A stretch of DNA of 64,000 nt from an uncultured Eubacteriales bacterium (lineage in GTDB: Bacteria > Bacillota > Clostridia > Christensenellales > UMGS416), in the NCBI GenBank assembly GCA_900542005.1, contig UQLW01000001.1:14160-78159 (forward strand), read 5' to 3'. Below the pieces are notes generated by a model. The model did no database searches. It saw only the letters and a program-made list of their open reading frames with translations, and was not told where the DNA came from. This document shows positions 56,372-64,000 of this stretch, one piece after another; position 1 is the stretch's first letter, and each line of letters starts with the position of its first letter. The position numbers and the translations under genes were made by a program.

Positions 56372-58204
56372 ATGTGCGGAATTGCAGGATGGCTTGAGGC
56401 GGGTGAAACGCAGCTTCATCAGCGGGCTCTGGCTGGGCGGATGGCCCGCGCTCTCGCCCACCGGGGGCCGGATCAGGAGGGAATCTTTACCGATGACGGG
56501 GTATGCCTCGTCCACCGGAGGTTGGCCGTGGTGGATCGGGCCCATGGCCGGCAGCCCATGACGCTGGAGCATGGCGGTGAACGCTTTACCCTGGTCTATA
56601 ACGGCGAACTCTACAACACCGTCCAGCTGCGGGAGGAGCTGGCGGGCTTAGGCTGGCGCTTTGCCGGCCACGGGGACACGGAGGTGCTGCTCAAGGCGCT
56701 GGCGCAGTGGGGGCTCGATGCGCTTCCCCGCCTAAACGGTATCTTTGCCTTTGCCCTTTGGGAGCAAAATGAACGCCGCCTGACGCTGGCCCGGGACCGG
56801 TTGGGCGTCAAGCCCCTGTTTTTCAGCCGTCCTTCGGATACGGTGGTCTTTGCCTCCGAGCTGGGCGCTCTGCTGGAGCATCCTGGCGTCAGCCGCCGAA
56901 TCGGCCCCGAAGGCCTGGCTGAGATCTTCCTGCTGGGGCCCGGACGAACCCCGGGCCAGGGCGTTTTTGACAGTGTGGAGGAGGTACTCCCCGGGCAGTG
57001 GCTGCGCTGGTCGCCTCAGGGGCATACCCGGGGCCGCTATTGGCAGCTTACGGCCCGCCCCCATGAGGACGGGCGCGCGGCTACGCTGGAGCGCACCCGC
57101 GCCCTGACACTGGACGCGATCACCCGGCAGCTGGTCAGCGACGTACCGCTGGCCGCCTTTCTCTCCGGTGGTCTGGACAGCAGCTTGATCTGCGCCCTGG
57201 CAGCCCAGCAATTCCGCAGGCAGAACCGCCAACTGGCCACCTTCTCCGTGGACTATCTCGATAACCAACGCTATTTCACCCGCAGCCTTTTTCAGCCCGG
57301 CGACGATGCCCCCTATATCGACGCCATGGTTTCAGCAACCGGCTCCGACCACCATCGCGTGGTACTGGATAATATCGAGCTGGCCAGTGCGCTGCCGGCT
57401 GCCACAGCCGCCCGCGGCCTGCCCGGCATGGCGGATGTCGACGCTTCCCTCTATCTTTTCTGCCGCGAAATCAAAAAAGGCTATACCGTTGCCCTCTCCG
57501 GCGAGTGCGCCGACGAAATATTCGGCGGCTATCCCTGGTATCATAACCGGGAAATGCTCATGGCCGACGGATTCCCCTGGTCGCGCTCCCTTCGCCTGCG
57601 CCGCAGCCTGCTGGATAGGGGCCTCATCCCCGACGGCGAGGCCTATGTCCGCCAGCGCTATCTGGATACGCTGGCCCGCACACCCCAGCTGCCCGGCGAA
57701 GATCCGCTGCAGCGCCGCATGCGGGAGATGTTCGTGCTGAATCTCGACTGGTTCATGCAAACGCTGCTGGATCGGAAGGACCGCATGTCCATGGCCCATG
57801 GCCTTGAGGTCAGGGTACCCTTCTGCGACCACCGGCTGGTGGAATACGCCTATAACATGCCCTGGAGCCTAAAGGCTCTGGACGGCCGGGAGAAAGGGAT
57901 CCTCCGCCAGGCCATGGAGGGCCTGCTGCCGCCGGAGGTGCTGTGGCGCAAAAAAAGCCCCTATCCCAAAACCTTTCATCCGGCCTATACCCAGCGGGTT
58001 GTCCAAATGCTGCAGGAAATCCTGGACGATCCCCAAAGCCGGATACGGCCCCTGCTCAACCTGCCCCAAGTGCGCGCGCTTATGGTATGCCCCGAGCAGG
58101 TCAGCGAACCCTGGTATGGCCAGCTGATGCGCGGGCCGCAGATCCTGGCGTATCTTGTGCAGGCTGAAGCCTTCCTCCGCCAGACGAAGGCGGAAATCCG
58201 GTAG
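56372..58204 (+). CDS. asnB: asparagine synthase (glutamine-hydrolysing)
   Basis: 610 aa from MCGIAGW (N-terminal Cys nucleophile), with GGGAGGA SD. The SGGLDSS PP-loop is present. Confidence 0.93.
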   Translation: MCGIAGWLEAGETQLHQRALAGRMARALAHRGPDQEGIFTDDGVCLVHRRLAVVDRAHGRQPMTLEHGGERFTLVYNGELYNTVQLREELAGLGWRFAGHGDTEVLLKALAQWGLDALPRLNGIFAFALWEQNERRLTLARDRLGVKPLFFSRPSDTVVFASELGALLEHPGVSRRIGPEGLAEIFLLGPGRTPGQGVFDSVEEVLPGQWLRWSPQGHTRGRYWQLTARPHEDGRAATLERTRALTLDAITRQLVSDVPLAAFLSGGLDSSLICALAAQQFRRQNRQLATFSVDYLDNQRYFTRSLFQPGDDAPYIDAMVSATGSDHHRVVLDNIELASALPAATAARGLPGMADVDASLYLFCREIKKGYTVALSGECADEIFGGYPWYHNREMLMADGFPWSRSLRLRRSLLDRGLIPDGEAYVRQRYLDTLARTPQLPGEDPLQRRMREMFVLNLDWFMQTLLDRKDRMSMAHGLEVRVPFCDHRLVEYAYNMPWSLKALDGREKGILRQAMEGLLPPEVLWRKKSPYPKTFHPAYTQRVVQMLQEILDDPQSRIRPLLNLPQVRALMVCPEQVSEPWYGQLMRGPQILAYLVQAEAFLRQTKAEIR

Positions 58205-58228
58205 ACGCCCGCCTATCGCAGGTGCGCC

Positions 58229-58257
58229 TTGACATCGGGCGGTAAATCCACTATACT
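58229..58257 (+). promoter_or_regulatory. promoter of the ABC-F gene
   Basis: TTGACA (58229-58234), 17-nt spacer, TATACT (58252-58257). Confidence 0.7.
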
Positions 58258-58292
58258 AAAACCAACTTTTAGGGATAAAGGAGCGTGAAAGG

Positions 58293-58304
58293 GTGCATAA
58301 GTAA
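58293..58304 (+). CDS. candidate 3-codon leader uORF (GTG CAT AAG TAA; M-H-K)
   Basis: AAGGAG (58278-58283) lies 9 nt upstream of the GTG. It sits just 5' of the first leader terminator stem. Confidence 0.3.
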   Translation: MHK

Positions 58305-58314
58305 TCTTGCTTGA

Positions 58315-58403
58315 TCGGGCGCGGCCAAGGCGCAAGGCTTTGCTGCTGCCCAAAATGCAAGAGAGCTGCTGTATCCTTCCCGATCCGCGCCCGTAGTTTT
58401 TTT
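58315..58403 (+). terminator. leader terminator 1 (long-range stem + T7)
   Basis: TCGGGCGCGG (58315-58324) pairs with CCGCGCCCG (58385-58393), followed by TAGTTTTTTT. The same 5' arm can alternatively pair with CCCGATC (58378-58384). Confidence 0.5.
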
Positions 58404-58414
58404 CTGCATGGCGT

Positions 58415-58448
58415 CCTGGGCGAGCGGCGGCTCTCCCAGGATTTTTTT
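58415..58448 (+). terminator. leader terminator 2
   Basis: CCTGGGCGAGC-GGCG-GCTCTCCCAGG hairpin followed by ATTTTTTT. Confidence 0.7.
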
Positions 58449-58490
58449 GCGCCATCCACCGCTGGCGCGCTTAGGAGGCGACATAGACAT

Positions 58491-60074
58491 ATGTCCATCA
58501 TACAAGTGCAGAACATGACCTTTGCCTATGACGGCAGCTATGATGCGATCTTTGAAAATGTATCCTTTACCCTGGATACCGACTGGAAAACGGGCTTTAT
58601 CGGCCGCAACGGCCGGGGCAAGACCACCTTTCTCAAGCTGCTGATGGGCTGGGAGCGGCCCATCAGCGGAACCATCGCCGCGTCCGTCCATTTCGACTAC
58701 TTCCCCTTTCCCGTGGAGGACGGCGGCCAACCGGCCATGGAGGCCGCCCGCTCCATGATTGCTCCCTTTACCGCCTGGGAGCGGCGCATGGATGAGCTGC
58801 TGGCCGAGGGCTCGGAGCAGGCCCTGGCGGTATATGGAGAGCTCCAGCAGCGCTACATGGAGGCCGACGGCTATATCATTGACGAGCTCATTACCCGGGA
58901 GGCCGCCAAGCTGAACATCCCTGAGGAGGCGCTTCAGCGGCCCTTCGGCACGCTGAGCCCTGGAGAGCGGACCCGCTTAACCCTGGCGGCGCTGTTCCTC
59001 AAGAAGAATAACTTTCTGCTGATCGACGAGCCCACCAACCACCTGGACATGGAGGGCCGCCGGCTGGCCGGGCAGTATCTGGCCGGCAAAAAGGGCTTCA
59101 TCCTGGTCTCCCACGACCGCGACTTTCTCGACCGGGTGGTCGATCATGTCATCTCTGTGAACCGAGCGGACATTGAAGTGCAGCAGGGCAACTATTCCAC
59201 CTGGAAGCTGAACCGCGACCGCCAGGACCAATTCGAGCTGGCGCGCAACGAATCCCTGAAGCGGGACATCGCCCGCCTGACCGCCTCGGCCGAGCGCGCC
59301 GGCCAGTGGTCCGACCGGGTAGAGGCCTCCAAGATTGGCGGCCACACCTATGACCGGGGTTACGTCGGCCATAAGGCCGCCAAAATGATGCAGCGCAGCA
59401 AATCCATCGAGCGCCGGCAGCTGGAGGCGGCCGAGGAAAAACGCAGCCTGCTGAAAAACCTGGAGGAATCCGAGCCGCTGAAGCTGACTTGCCTGCCCTA
59501 TACCCGGGGACGGCTGATCGAGGCGCCCGATCTCACCCTGCTCTATGGGGATAAGGCCGTCCTATCCCACCTACGGCTGGAGCTGGAGCCCGGCGAACGG
59601 CTCTGTCTGGCCGGCCGGAATGGCTGCGGCAAATCCACCGTCATCCGATACCTCACCGGCGCGCCGGGCATCACAGCCGCCGGAAGCTGCCGGCTTGGGC
59701 CCGGGCTGACCTGCAGCTATGTTCCCCAGGATACGGCCTTCCTTCACGGCGGGCTGCGCGCCTTCGCCCAGCGGGAGGGGCTGGACGAAAGCCTCTTCAA
59801 GGCCATCCTGCGCAAGCTCGATTTCTCACGGCTGCAGTTTGAGAAGGATATGGAGGCGTTCAGCTCCGGTCAGAAGAAAAAGGTTTTGATCGCCGCCAGC
59901 CTCTGCCGGCCGGCCCATCTGTACCTCTGGGATGAACCGCTGAATTTTATGGATATCCTCTCGCGGCTTCAGGTGGAGGAGCTGATCCTGCGGTATAAGC
60001 CCACCATGATCTTCGTGGAGCACGACGCCGCCTTCTGCCGCAAAATCGCAACCCGCACGCTGCGCCTGGGTTAG
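58491..60074 (+). CDS. ABC-F ATPase, Lsa-like (ARE-type ribosomal protection family); no TM domain
   Basis: 527 aa from MSIIQVQNMTFAYDGSYDAIFENVSFTLDTDWKTGFIGRNGRGKTT, with AGGAGG SD. Two NBDs (GRNGRGKT / LSPGERTRL / LLIDEPTNHLD and GRNGCGKS / FSSGQKKKV / LWDEPLNFMD) joined by a charged linker. Confidence 0.85.
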   Translation: MSIIQVQNMTFAYDGSYDAIFENVSFTLDTDWKTGFIGRNGRGKTTFLKLLMGWERPISGTIAASVHFDYFPFPVEDGGQPAMEAARSMIAPFTAWERRMDELLAEGSEQALAVYGELQQRYMEADGYIIDELITREAAKLNIPEEALQRPFGTLSPGERTRLTLAALFLKKNNFLLIDEPTNHLDMEGRRLAGQYLAGKKGFILVSHDRDFLDRVVDHVISVNRADIEVQQGNYSTWKLNRDRQDQFELARNESLKRDIARLTASAERAGQWSDRVEASKIGGHTYDRGYVGHKAAKMMQRSKSIERRQLEAAEEKRSLLKNLEESEPLKLTCLPYTRGRLIEAPDLTLLYGDKAVLSHLRLELEPGERLCLAGRNGCGKSTVIRYLTGAPGITAAGSCRLGPGLTCSYVPQDTAFLHGGLRAFAQREGLDESLFKAILRKLDFSRLQFEKDMEAFSSGQKKKVLIAASLCRPAHLYLWDEPLNFMDILSRLQVEELILRYKPTMIFVEHDAAFCRKIATRTLRLG

Positions 60075-60088
60075 GCGGGGAATAGCAC

Positions 60089-60137
60089 AAAGGCCGTACC
60101 GCCCGGTTGGAGCTTCCACCGGCGCGATACGGCCTTT
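60089..60137. terminator. hairpin between convergent genes
   Basis: AAAGGCCGTA...TACGGCCTTT outer stem with an inner CCGG...CCGG helix, followed by a C/T-rich run. Confidence 0.5.
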
Positions 60138-60186
60138 CCCTTTTCCCTCTTTCTTGGTACAATAGCCTGGATGCGCGCTTTAATAT

Positions 60187-60963
60187 CTACCGCGCCGCTC
60201 GGATATAATCCGCGACCCCTTCCCCCTCGCTGAAAAGGGCCTCGCCCGCCCGGGCAATCTCCATCAGCGCCCGGTCCGTGGGGTCCAGGATCACGGCATC
60301 CAGGCCGCGCTCCATCATGCTGGGCAAAAGCGCCCGGTGGAGCGCGCGGCGGCGGGGCATCTGATAGGAAACGTTGCTCAGCCCGCATACCGCCTTAAAG
60401 CCTTCAGCCCGGATCCGGCTCAGCAGCGCCAGCATTCTCGTGATGTCCTCAGGATAGAAGGCCAGCGGCAGCACCACCGGATCCACCCATACCTGCTGCC
60501 GTGGCAGGCCGCAGGCCTCCAGCCTCCGGGCAAGCGCTTCCAGCCCTTCGCCCAGGGACCGCTCATCGGCCAGGGCCCGCCCCTTTTCCAGGGCCAGCAC
60601 CACCATGCGCGCCTGGAGCCGGGCCGCCAGCGCGCTCACCGGCTCCAGGCTGGCCGGATCCAGTGTCGCTGAATTGAACACAAGCGTCCTGTGGGATAGC
60701 CGGCCGGCTATCGCCTCCATCACCCGGGGCTTCGCGCTGTCGATCCATAGGGGAACCGTCACCTCCTCCGGCAGGGCCTCGGCCATCCTAGCCAGCAGCT
60801 CGGCCTCCCGCCCGCCGAAGGCTCCCGCGTTCAGATCCAGCGCCTGGGCGCCCGCCTGCTGCTGGCGGACCGCCAGGCGGGCGACGCACGGCCAATCCCC
60901 CTCCTCCAGGGCCCTCTTGACCTGCCCGTTGGAGCTGTTGAGTTTTTCACCGACAATCAGCAT
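60187..60963 (-). CDS. pterin-binding (DHPS-like) domain protein, AcsE/MeTr-type methyltetrahydrofolate methyltransferase-like
   Basis: 258 aa from MLIVGEKLNSSNGQVKRALEEGDW...ALDLNAG and CGLSNVSY, with GAGGAG SD 6 nt upstream of ATG 60963. The rest of the 706-aa ORF is antisense to the phosphatase gene. Confidence 0.8.
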   Translation of the reverse strand: MLIVGEKLNSSNGQVKRALEEGDWPCVARLAVRQQQAGAQALDLNAGAFGGREAELLARMAEALPEEVTVPLWIDSAKPRVMEAIAGRLSHRTLVFNSATLDPASLEPVSALAARLQARMVVLALEKGRALADERSLGEGLEALARRLEACGLPRQQVWVDPVVLPLAFYPEDITRMLALLSRIRAEGFKAVCGLSNVSYQMPRRRALHRALLPSMMERGLDAVILDPTDRALMEIARAGEALFSEGEGVADYIRAAR

Positions 60964-60987
60964 ATTATTCTCCTCGGAGGTTATTGG

Positions 60988-62376
60988 ATGAAATCTACCT
61001 ATGTAAAGCGCTACCCCGTGCCCGGCCTCCTGAACTGCCGGGACTTGGGCGGCTATCCGCTGCCCGGCGGGCGGACCCGCTGGGGCGCATTTCTGCGCAG
61101 CGCCTGCCCGGACCAGCTGACCCCAGAGGGCCTTGCCGCGCTGGAGCGGATGGGCCTGGCCCTTGTCATCGACCTGCGCAGCGGCTTTGAGCGCCGCCAC
61201 CAACCCAGCGCCCTGGCCGGGCTTGCTTCCCTGCCTGTGATGGAGCTGCCCCTGCTGGAGCAAATCAGCGCGCCTATGCCGCACACCAGCGATATGGGAG
61301 AATTCTATATCGCCCTGCTGCATCATGGGCAGGCATGCTTCCGCAGGCTTTTCACCCGCATCGCCGGGGCTGATGGGCCTGTGCTCTTTCACTGCACGGC
61401 CGGCAAGGACCGTACCGGCGTTGTCGCGGCGCTGCTGCTGAATCTGGCCGGCGTGGGGCGCCAGGATATCATCGCCGACTATGAGATCAGCCATACGCTG
61501 ATCGCCCCGCTGATCAGCCGGCTTCAGAGCGCCGCCCCGGGGCTGGATATGAACCGGCTTGAATCCCGGCCCGCCTATATGGCCCGGTTCCTGGATGAGC
61601 TGGAGCGCCTGGGCGGCGCCTACCGCTACCTGACGGAGCACTGCGGCCTGCCGGAGGCCGAGGTCAGCCGCCTGAAGCAGCGGTGTATCGAGCCCGCGCC
61701 CGCCGGGTGGGACGGATGCCGGCGCATCCCCCTTCCCGGTGTCGAGAACCTCCGGGATCTGGGCGGCATTCCCCGCGCCGGCGGCGAAGCCACCGGCTGG
61801 GGCCGCATCTATCGCGGCGCCTTCCCCCGTCCTGGCCTGGGCGAGGCCCAGCGCCAGGCCCTGCTGCAGGCCGGCGTGACCACCGTACTGGATCTGCGCA
61901 GCGCCACAGAGAACGCCGCCCTTCCCCATCCCCTGGCCGGGGACAGCCGCTTTACCCTGCTGCGCGATTCTCCCGATGACTTTGTCTCCATCGCGCCGGA
62001 TCTGCCCATGCCCAAGGTCTACCAGGCGTATTTGACCCAAGGAGCGCCCCATTACCGCGCCATATTTAAAGCCATCGGCCGGGCTGAAGGGGCTGTGCTG
62101 ATCCACTGCTTCTCCGGCAAGGACCGCACCGGCATGGTGTCGGCGCTGCTGCTGAATCTGGCCGGCGTGGAGGATGCTGATATTATCGCCGACTATCAGG
62201 TCAGCCTCACCTACCTGACAGGCCCGGAGGCCCACCGCATCCCCTCCAACCCCGAGAACATGGAAGCCTATCTTGAGCTGCTTGGCCAGTATGGGGGCGC
62301 AGCCCAATTCCTCAGCCAGCGCTGCGGGCTTCCCAGCGGCCTTATAGCGCGCATCCGCTCCCGCTTATGCCGATAG
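60988..62376 (+). CDS. tandem (duplicated, fused) tyrosine/dual-specificity phosphatase, Y_phosphatase3-like x2
   Basis: 462 aa. Two repeats, each with NxRDLGG and a CX5R loop: VLFHCTAGKDRTG (Cys codon at 61393) and VLIHCFSGKDRTG (Cys codon at 62107). GGAGG lies 7 nt upstream of the ATG. Confidence 0.8.
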   Translation: MKSTYVKRYPVPGLLNCRDLGGYPLPGGRTRWGAFLRSACPDQLTPEGLAALERMGLALVIDLRSGFERRHQPSALAGLASLPVMELPLLEQISAPMPHTSDMGEFYIALLHHGQACFRRLFTRIAGADGPVLFHCTAGKDRTGVVAALLLNLAGVGRQDIIADYEISHTLIAPLISRLQSAAPGLDMNRLESRPAYMARFLDELERLGGAYRYLTEHCGLPEAEVSRLKQRCIEPAPAGWDGCRRIPLPGVENLRDLGGIPRAGGEATGWGRIYRGAFPRPGLGEAQRQALLQAGVTTVLDLRSATENAALPHPLAGDSRFTLLRDSPDDFVSIAPDLPMPKVYQAYLTQGAPHYRAIFKAIGRAEGAVLIHCFSGKDRTGMVSALLLNLAGVEDADIIADYQVSLTYLTGPEAHRIPSNPENMEAYLELLGQYGGAAQFLSQRCGLPSGLIARIRSRLCR

Positions 62377-62799
62377 CCGCTCCACCAGCGCCTCCAGCGC
62401 CAGGATGTATCCGGTTTCGCCCAGGCCGCAGATCTGCCCCAGGCATACGGCCGTGATAAGGCTTGTATGCCGGAACTCCTCCCGGGCATGGATATTGCTG
62501 ATATGCACCTCTACCACCGGCAGGCCGATGGCCGATATGGCGTCCCGGAGCGCATAGCTGGTATGGCTGTAGGCTCCGGGGTTGAAGATGATCCCATCCA
62601 CCTCCGAGCGGCATGCATGGAGCTTGTCGATCAGCGCGCCCTCCCAGTTGGACTGATAAAACTCCACCTCCACCTTCAGCTCCCCGGCCCGCTGGGCAAT
62701 GCGCCGGTGAATGTCCTCCAGCGTCCTCGAGCCATAGACGCCGGGCTCCCGCAGCCCTGTCAGGTTCAGGTTTGGCCCTTGAAGCACGCAAATTTTCAT
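62365..62799 (-). CDS. aroQ: type II 3-dehydroquinate dehydratase
   Basis: 144 aa. MKICVLQGPNLNLTGLREPGVYG, FYQSNWEGALID, HISNIHAREEFR. Confidence 0.93.
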   Translation of the reverse strand: MKICVLQGPNLNLTGLREPGVYGSRTLEDIHRRIAQRAGELKVEVEFYQSNWEGALIDKLHACRSEVDGIIFNPGAYSHTSYALRDAISAIGLPVVEVHISNIHAREEFRHTSLITAVCLGQICGLGETGYILALEALVERLSA

Positions 62800-62901
62800 C
62801 CTCGTTCACTCCTTTCGCTTCTGCTATCTTACAATGGAACCCCGGCCGCGCGCAAGAGCTTCCCCAGCTTGCCCAACCGGAAAATATCCGCGAAAAGTGC
62901 T

Positions 62902-62929
62902 TGCGAAATCCTTTTCGTCTGCTATAATA
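62902..62929 (+). promoter_or_regulatory. promoter of the sugar-phosphate isomerase gene
   Basis: TTGCGA (62902-62907), 16-nt spacer, TATAAT (62924-62929). Confidence 0.55.
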
Positions 62930-62978
62930 AAGGTGTTTAGGGAATAAAAAGGGCGCTAGCCCGGAAAGAGGACACAAG

Positions 62979-63812
62979 ATGAAAAAGTTTCCCGTCGCAT
63001 ATCAGGTCTATTCCGCCCGCGAGGAAGCCCAGCGTGATCTGAAGGGCGTGCTGACCCAGCTGAAAGCCATGGGCTACGCCGGCGTCGAGTTTGCCGGCTT
63101 CTATGGCCATTCGGCCCAGCAGGTCAAGGCCATGCTGGACGAAACCGGCCTGACCGCCATTTCCAGCCATGTCCCCTTCCAGTCCATGGTAGAGGATATG
63201 TTCGGCGTGATCTCCTACCACAAGGCCATCGGCTGCCGGTACATCGCAATCCCCTATCTGGACGAGGCGACCCGCCCCGGAAGCGAGGGCTTTGCCGACG
63301 TCATTCAGAAGATCTACACCTTCGGCCAGCTGTGCCGCACAGCGGGCATCCAGCTGTTGTATCATAACCACGACTTTGAGTTTGTCAAGCTCAGCGGCCA
63401 ATATGGGCTGGATTTCCTTTATTCCGCCGTGCCCGCCTGCCTGCTGGCCACGGAGCTGGATACCTGCTGGGTCAAGTATGCCGGCGAGGACCCGGCTGCC
63501 TACATTGAAAAATACGCAGGCCGCTGCCCGGTCGTGCATTTGAAGGACTATGTCGGCGTCAAGAGCGACCGTCAGCCCTATGCGCTGATCCAGGCCGACG
63601 GCCAGGATGATGCCACCGCCGAGAACGACGCGCCCTTTGAGTTCCGCCCGGTGGGCCACGGCTGCCAGGACTTCCCCTCCATTCTCCAGGCCGCCGAAGC
63701 CTCCGGCGCCCAGTGGGTTGTGGTGGAGCAGGATCTTTCCCTGACCCGCCCGCCGCTGGAGGCCGCCAAGATGAGCATCGACTATCTGAAGTCCATCGGC
63801 GCTGCGCTGTAA
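62979..63812 (+). CDS. sugar phosphate isomerase/epimerase (xylose isomerase-like TIM barrel)
   Basis: 277 aa. GYAGVEFAG...HNHDFEF...VHLKD...VVEQD metal-ligand pattern of the AP_endonuc_2 family. Confidence 0.85.
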   Translation: MKKFPVAYQVYSAREEAQRDLKGVLTQLKAMGYAGVEFAGFYGHSAQQVKAMLDETGLTAISSHVPFQSMVEDMFGVISYHKAIGCRYIAIPYLDEATRPGSEGFADVIQKIYTFGQLCRTAGIQLLYHNHDFEFVKLSGQYGLDFLYSAVPACLLATELDTCWVKYAGEDPAAYIEKYAGRCPVVHLKDYVGVKSDRQPYALIQADGQDDATAENDAPFEFRPVGHGCQDFPSILQAAEASGAQWVVVEQDLSLTRPPLEAAKMSIDYLKSIGAAL

Positions 63813-63833
63813 CCGCCGAAACGGCGTAAATAA

Positions 63834-63864
63834 GGACGCTCTTCCACGGAAGGGCGTCCGTTTT
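63834..63864 (+). terminator. Rho-independent terminator
   Basis: GGACGC...GCGTCC stem with an inner CTTC/GAAG helix, followed by GTTTT. Confidence 0.6.
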
Positions 63865-63966
63865 CATGAGGATGGGCATCGGCGATATAACCCCCACCAA
63901 CGCCAAAATCATGGGAGCCACCCCGCCCACGCTAGGGGAAGATCCCCCTCTCAATGGAGGATAATC

Positions 63967-64000
63967 ATGCTTTTCCACGCGACGGTCAACCAGCTTGCAT
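63967..64000 (+). CDS. possible start of an unidentified gene (11 codons visible)
   Basis: GGAGG 6 nt upstream of ATG 63967; MLFHATVNQLA... Too short to assess. Confidence 0.25.
   Translation, partial: MLFHATVNQLA

Noticed and set aside
58353-58394. Alternative 13-codon leader ORF (MQESCCILPDPRP) ending at the first leader terminator
   Set aside because: No Shine-Dalgarno sequence precedes its ATG. The GTG-initiated 3-codon uORF with a 9-nt-spaced AAGGAG is the better candidate. The 9-codon GTG ORF at 58285 has only 1-nt SD spacing.
60964-62307. Upstream 448 codons of the 706-aa minus-strand ORF
   Set aside because: Antisense to the tandem phosphatase gene. The AcsE-like homology starts at Met 60963, which has its own SD, and the extension is low-complexity.
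1-64000. CRISPR arrays, IS elements/transposases, prophage genes, rRNA, known defence-system hallmarks (RT, Cas, helicase-nuclease pairs, TIR/SIR2, STAND NTPases)
   Set aside because: I read through all ORF-track products and the intergenic regions and found none. The repeated sequences I did see are terminator palindromes, paralogous genes or short operator-like motifs.

Overview
High-GC (about 60% or more by eye) chromosomal segment of a Gram-positive-type bacterium. The lineage guess rests on AGGAGG-type Shine-Dalgarno sites, a CtsR-type operator and polA-coaE synteny; a Clostridia/Oscillospiraceae-like origin is inference only. I can support about 50 protein genes and one tRNA-Ala(GGC). 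The content falls into four groups. (1) Housekeeping: coaE, polA, pfkA, radC, anmK, asnB, aroQ, phosphoglucomutase. (2) Peptide and glycan scavenging: two tandem pepV dipeptidases, a glycosylasparaginase-family Ntn hydrolase, a GH78-like rhamnosidase, and two paralogous ~1040-aa glycoside hydrolases. (3) Transport: an amino-acid ABC importer with an embedded aminotransferase, a heterodimeric ABC exporter pair, and a copA-csoR copper module. (4) Stress and resistance-type genes: hsp20 behind CtsR-like boxes, an Lsa-type ABC-F gene behind an attenuator-like leader, an APH-family kinase, and MerR and LysR regulators. I saw no rRNA, CRISPR array, transposase, integrase, phage gene or recognisable defence-system hallmark. 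Most long ORF-track entries opposite real genes are GC-driven shadow ORFs, and several real genes start downstream of the first ATG in the track; I re-picked those starts using SD sites. I did not find a convincing multi-gene undescribed system. The most unusual items are: (a) a single-pass membrane protein joining a DUF4145-like cytoplasmic domain, a Tyr/Gly/Asp-rich disordered segment and an extracellular NPCBM-like domain (5089-6696); (b) a fused tandem tyrosine-phosphatase gene placed head-to-head, with only 24 bp between start codons, against a stand-alone AcsE-like pterin-binding methyltransferase (60187-62376); (c) the ABC-F leader with a 3-codon uORF and two tandem terminators (58229-58490); (d) a glycan cluster coupling pgm, GH78, a large unclassified GH and a URO-D-family protein (37822-46365); (e) an orphan Cys-rich protein co-transcribed with a nitroreductase (27819-29402); (f) copA carrying an in-frame C-terminal CopZ-like domain that keeps its own SD and ATG. 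All family assignments are by-eye motif recognition and need HMM or structure searches.
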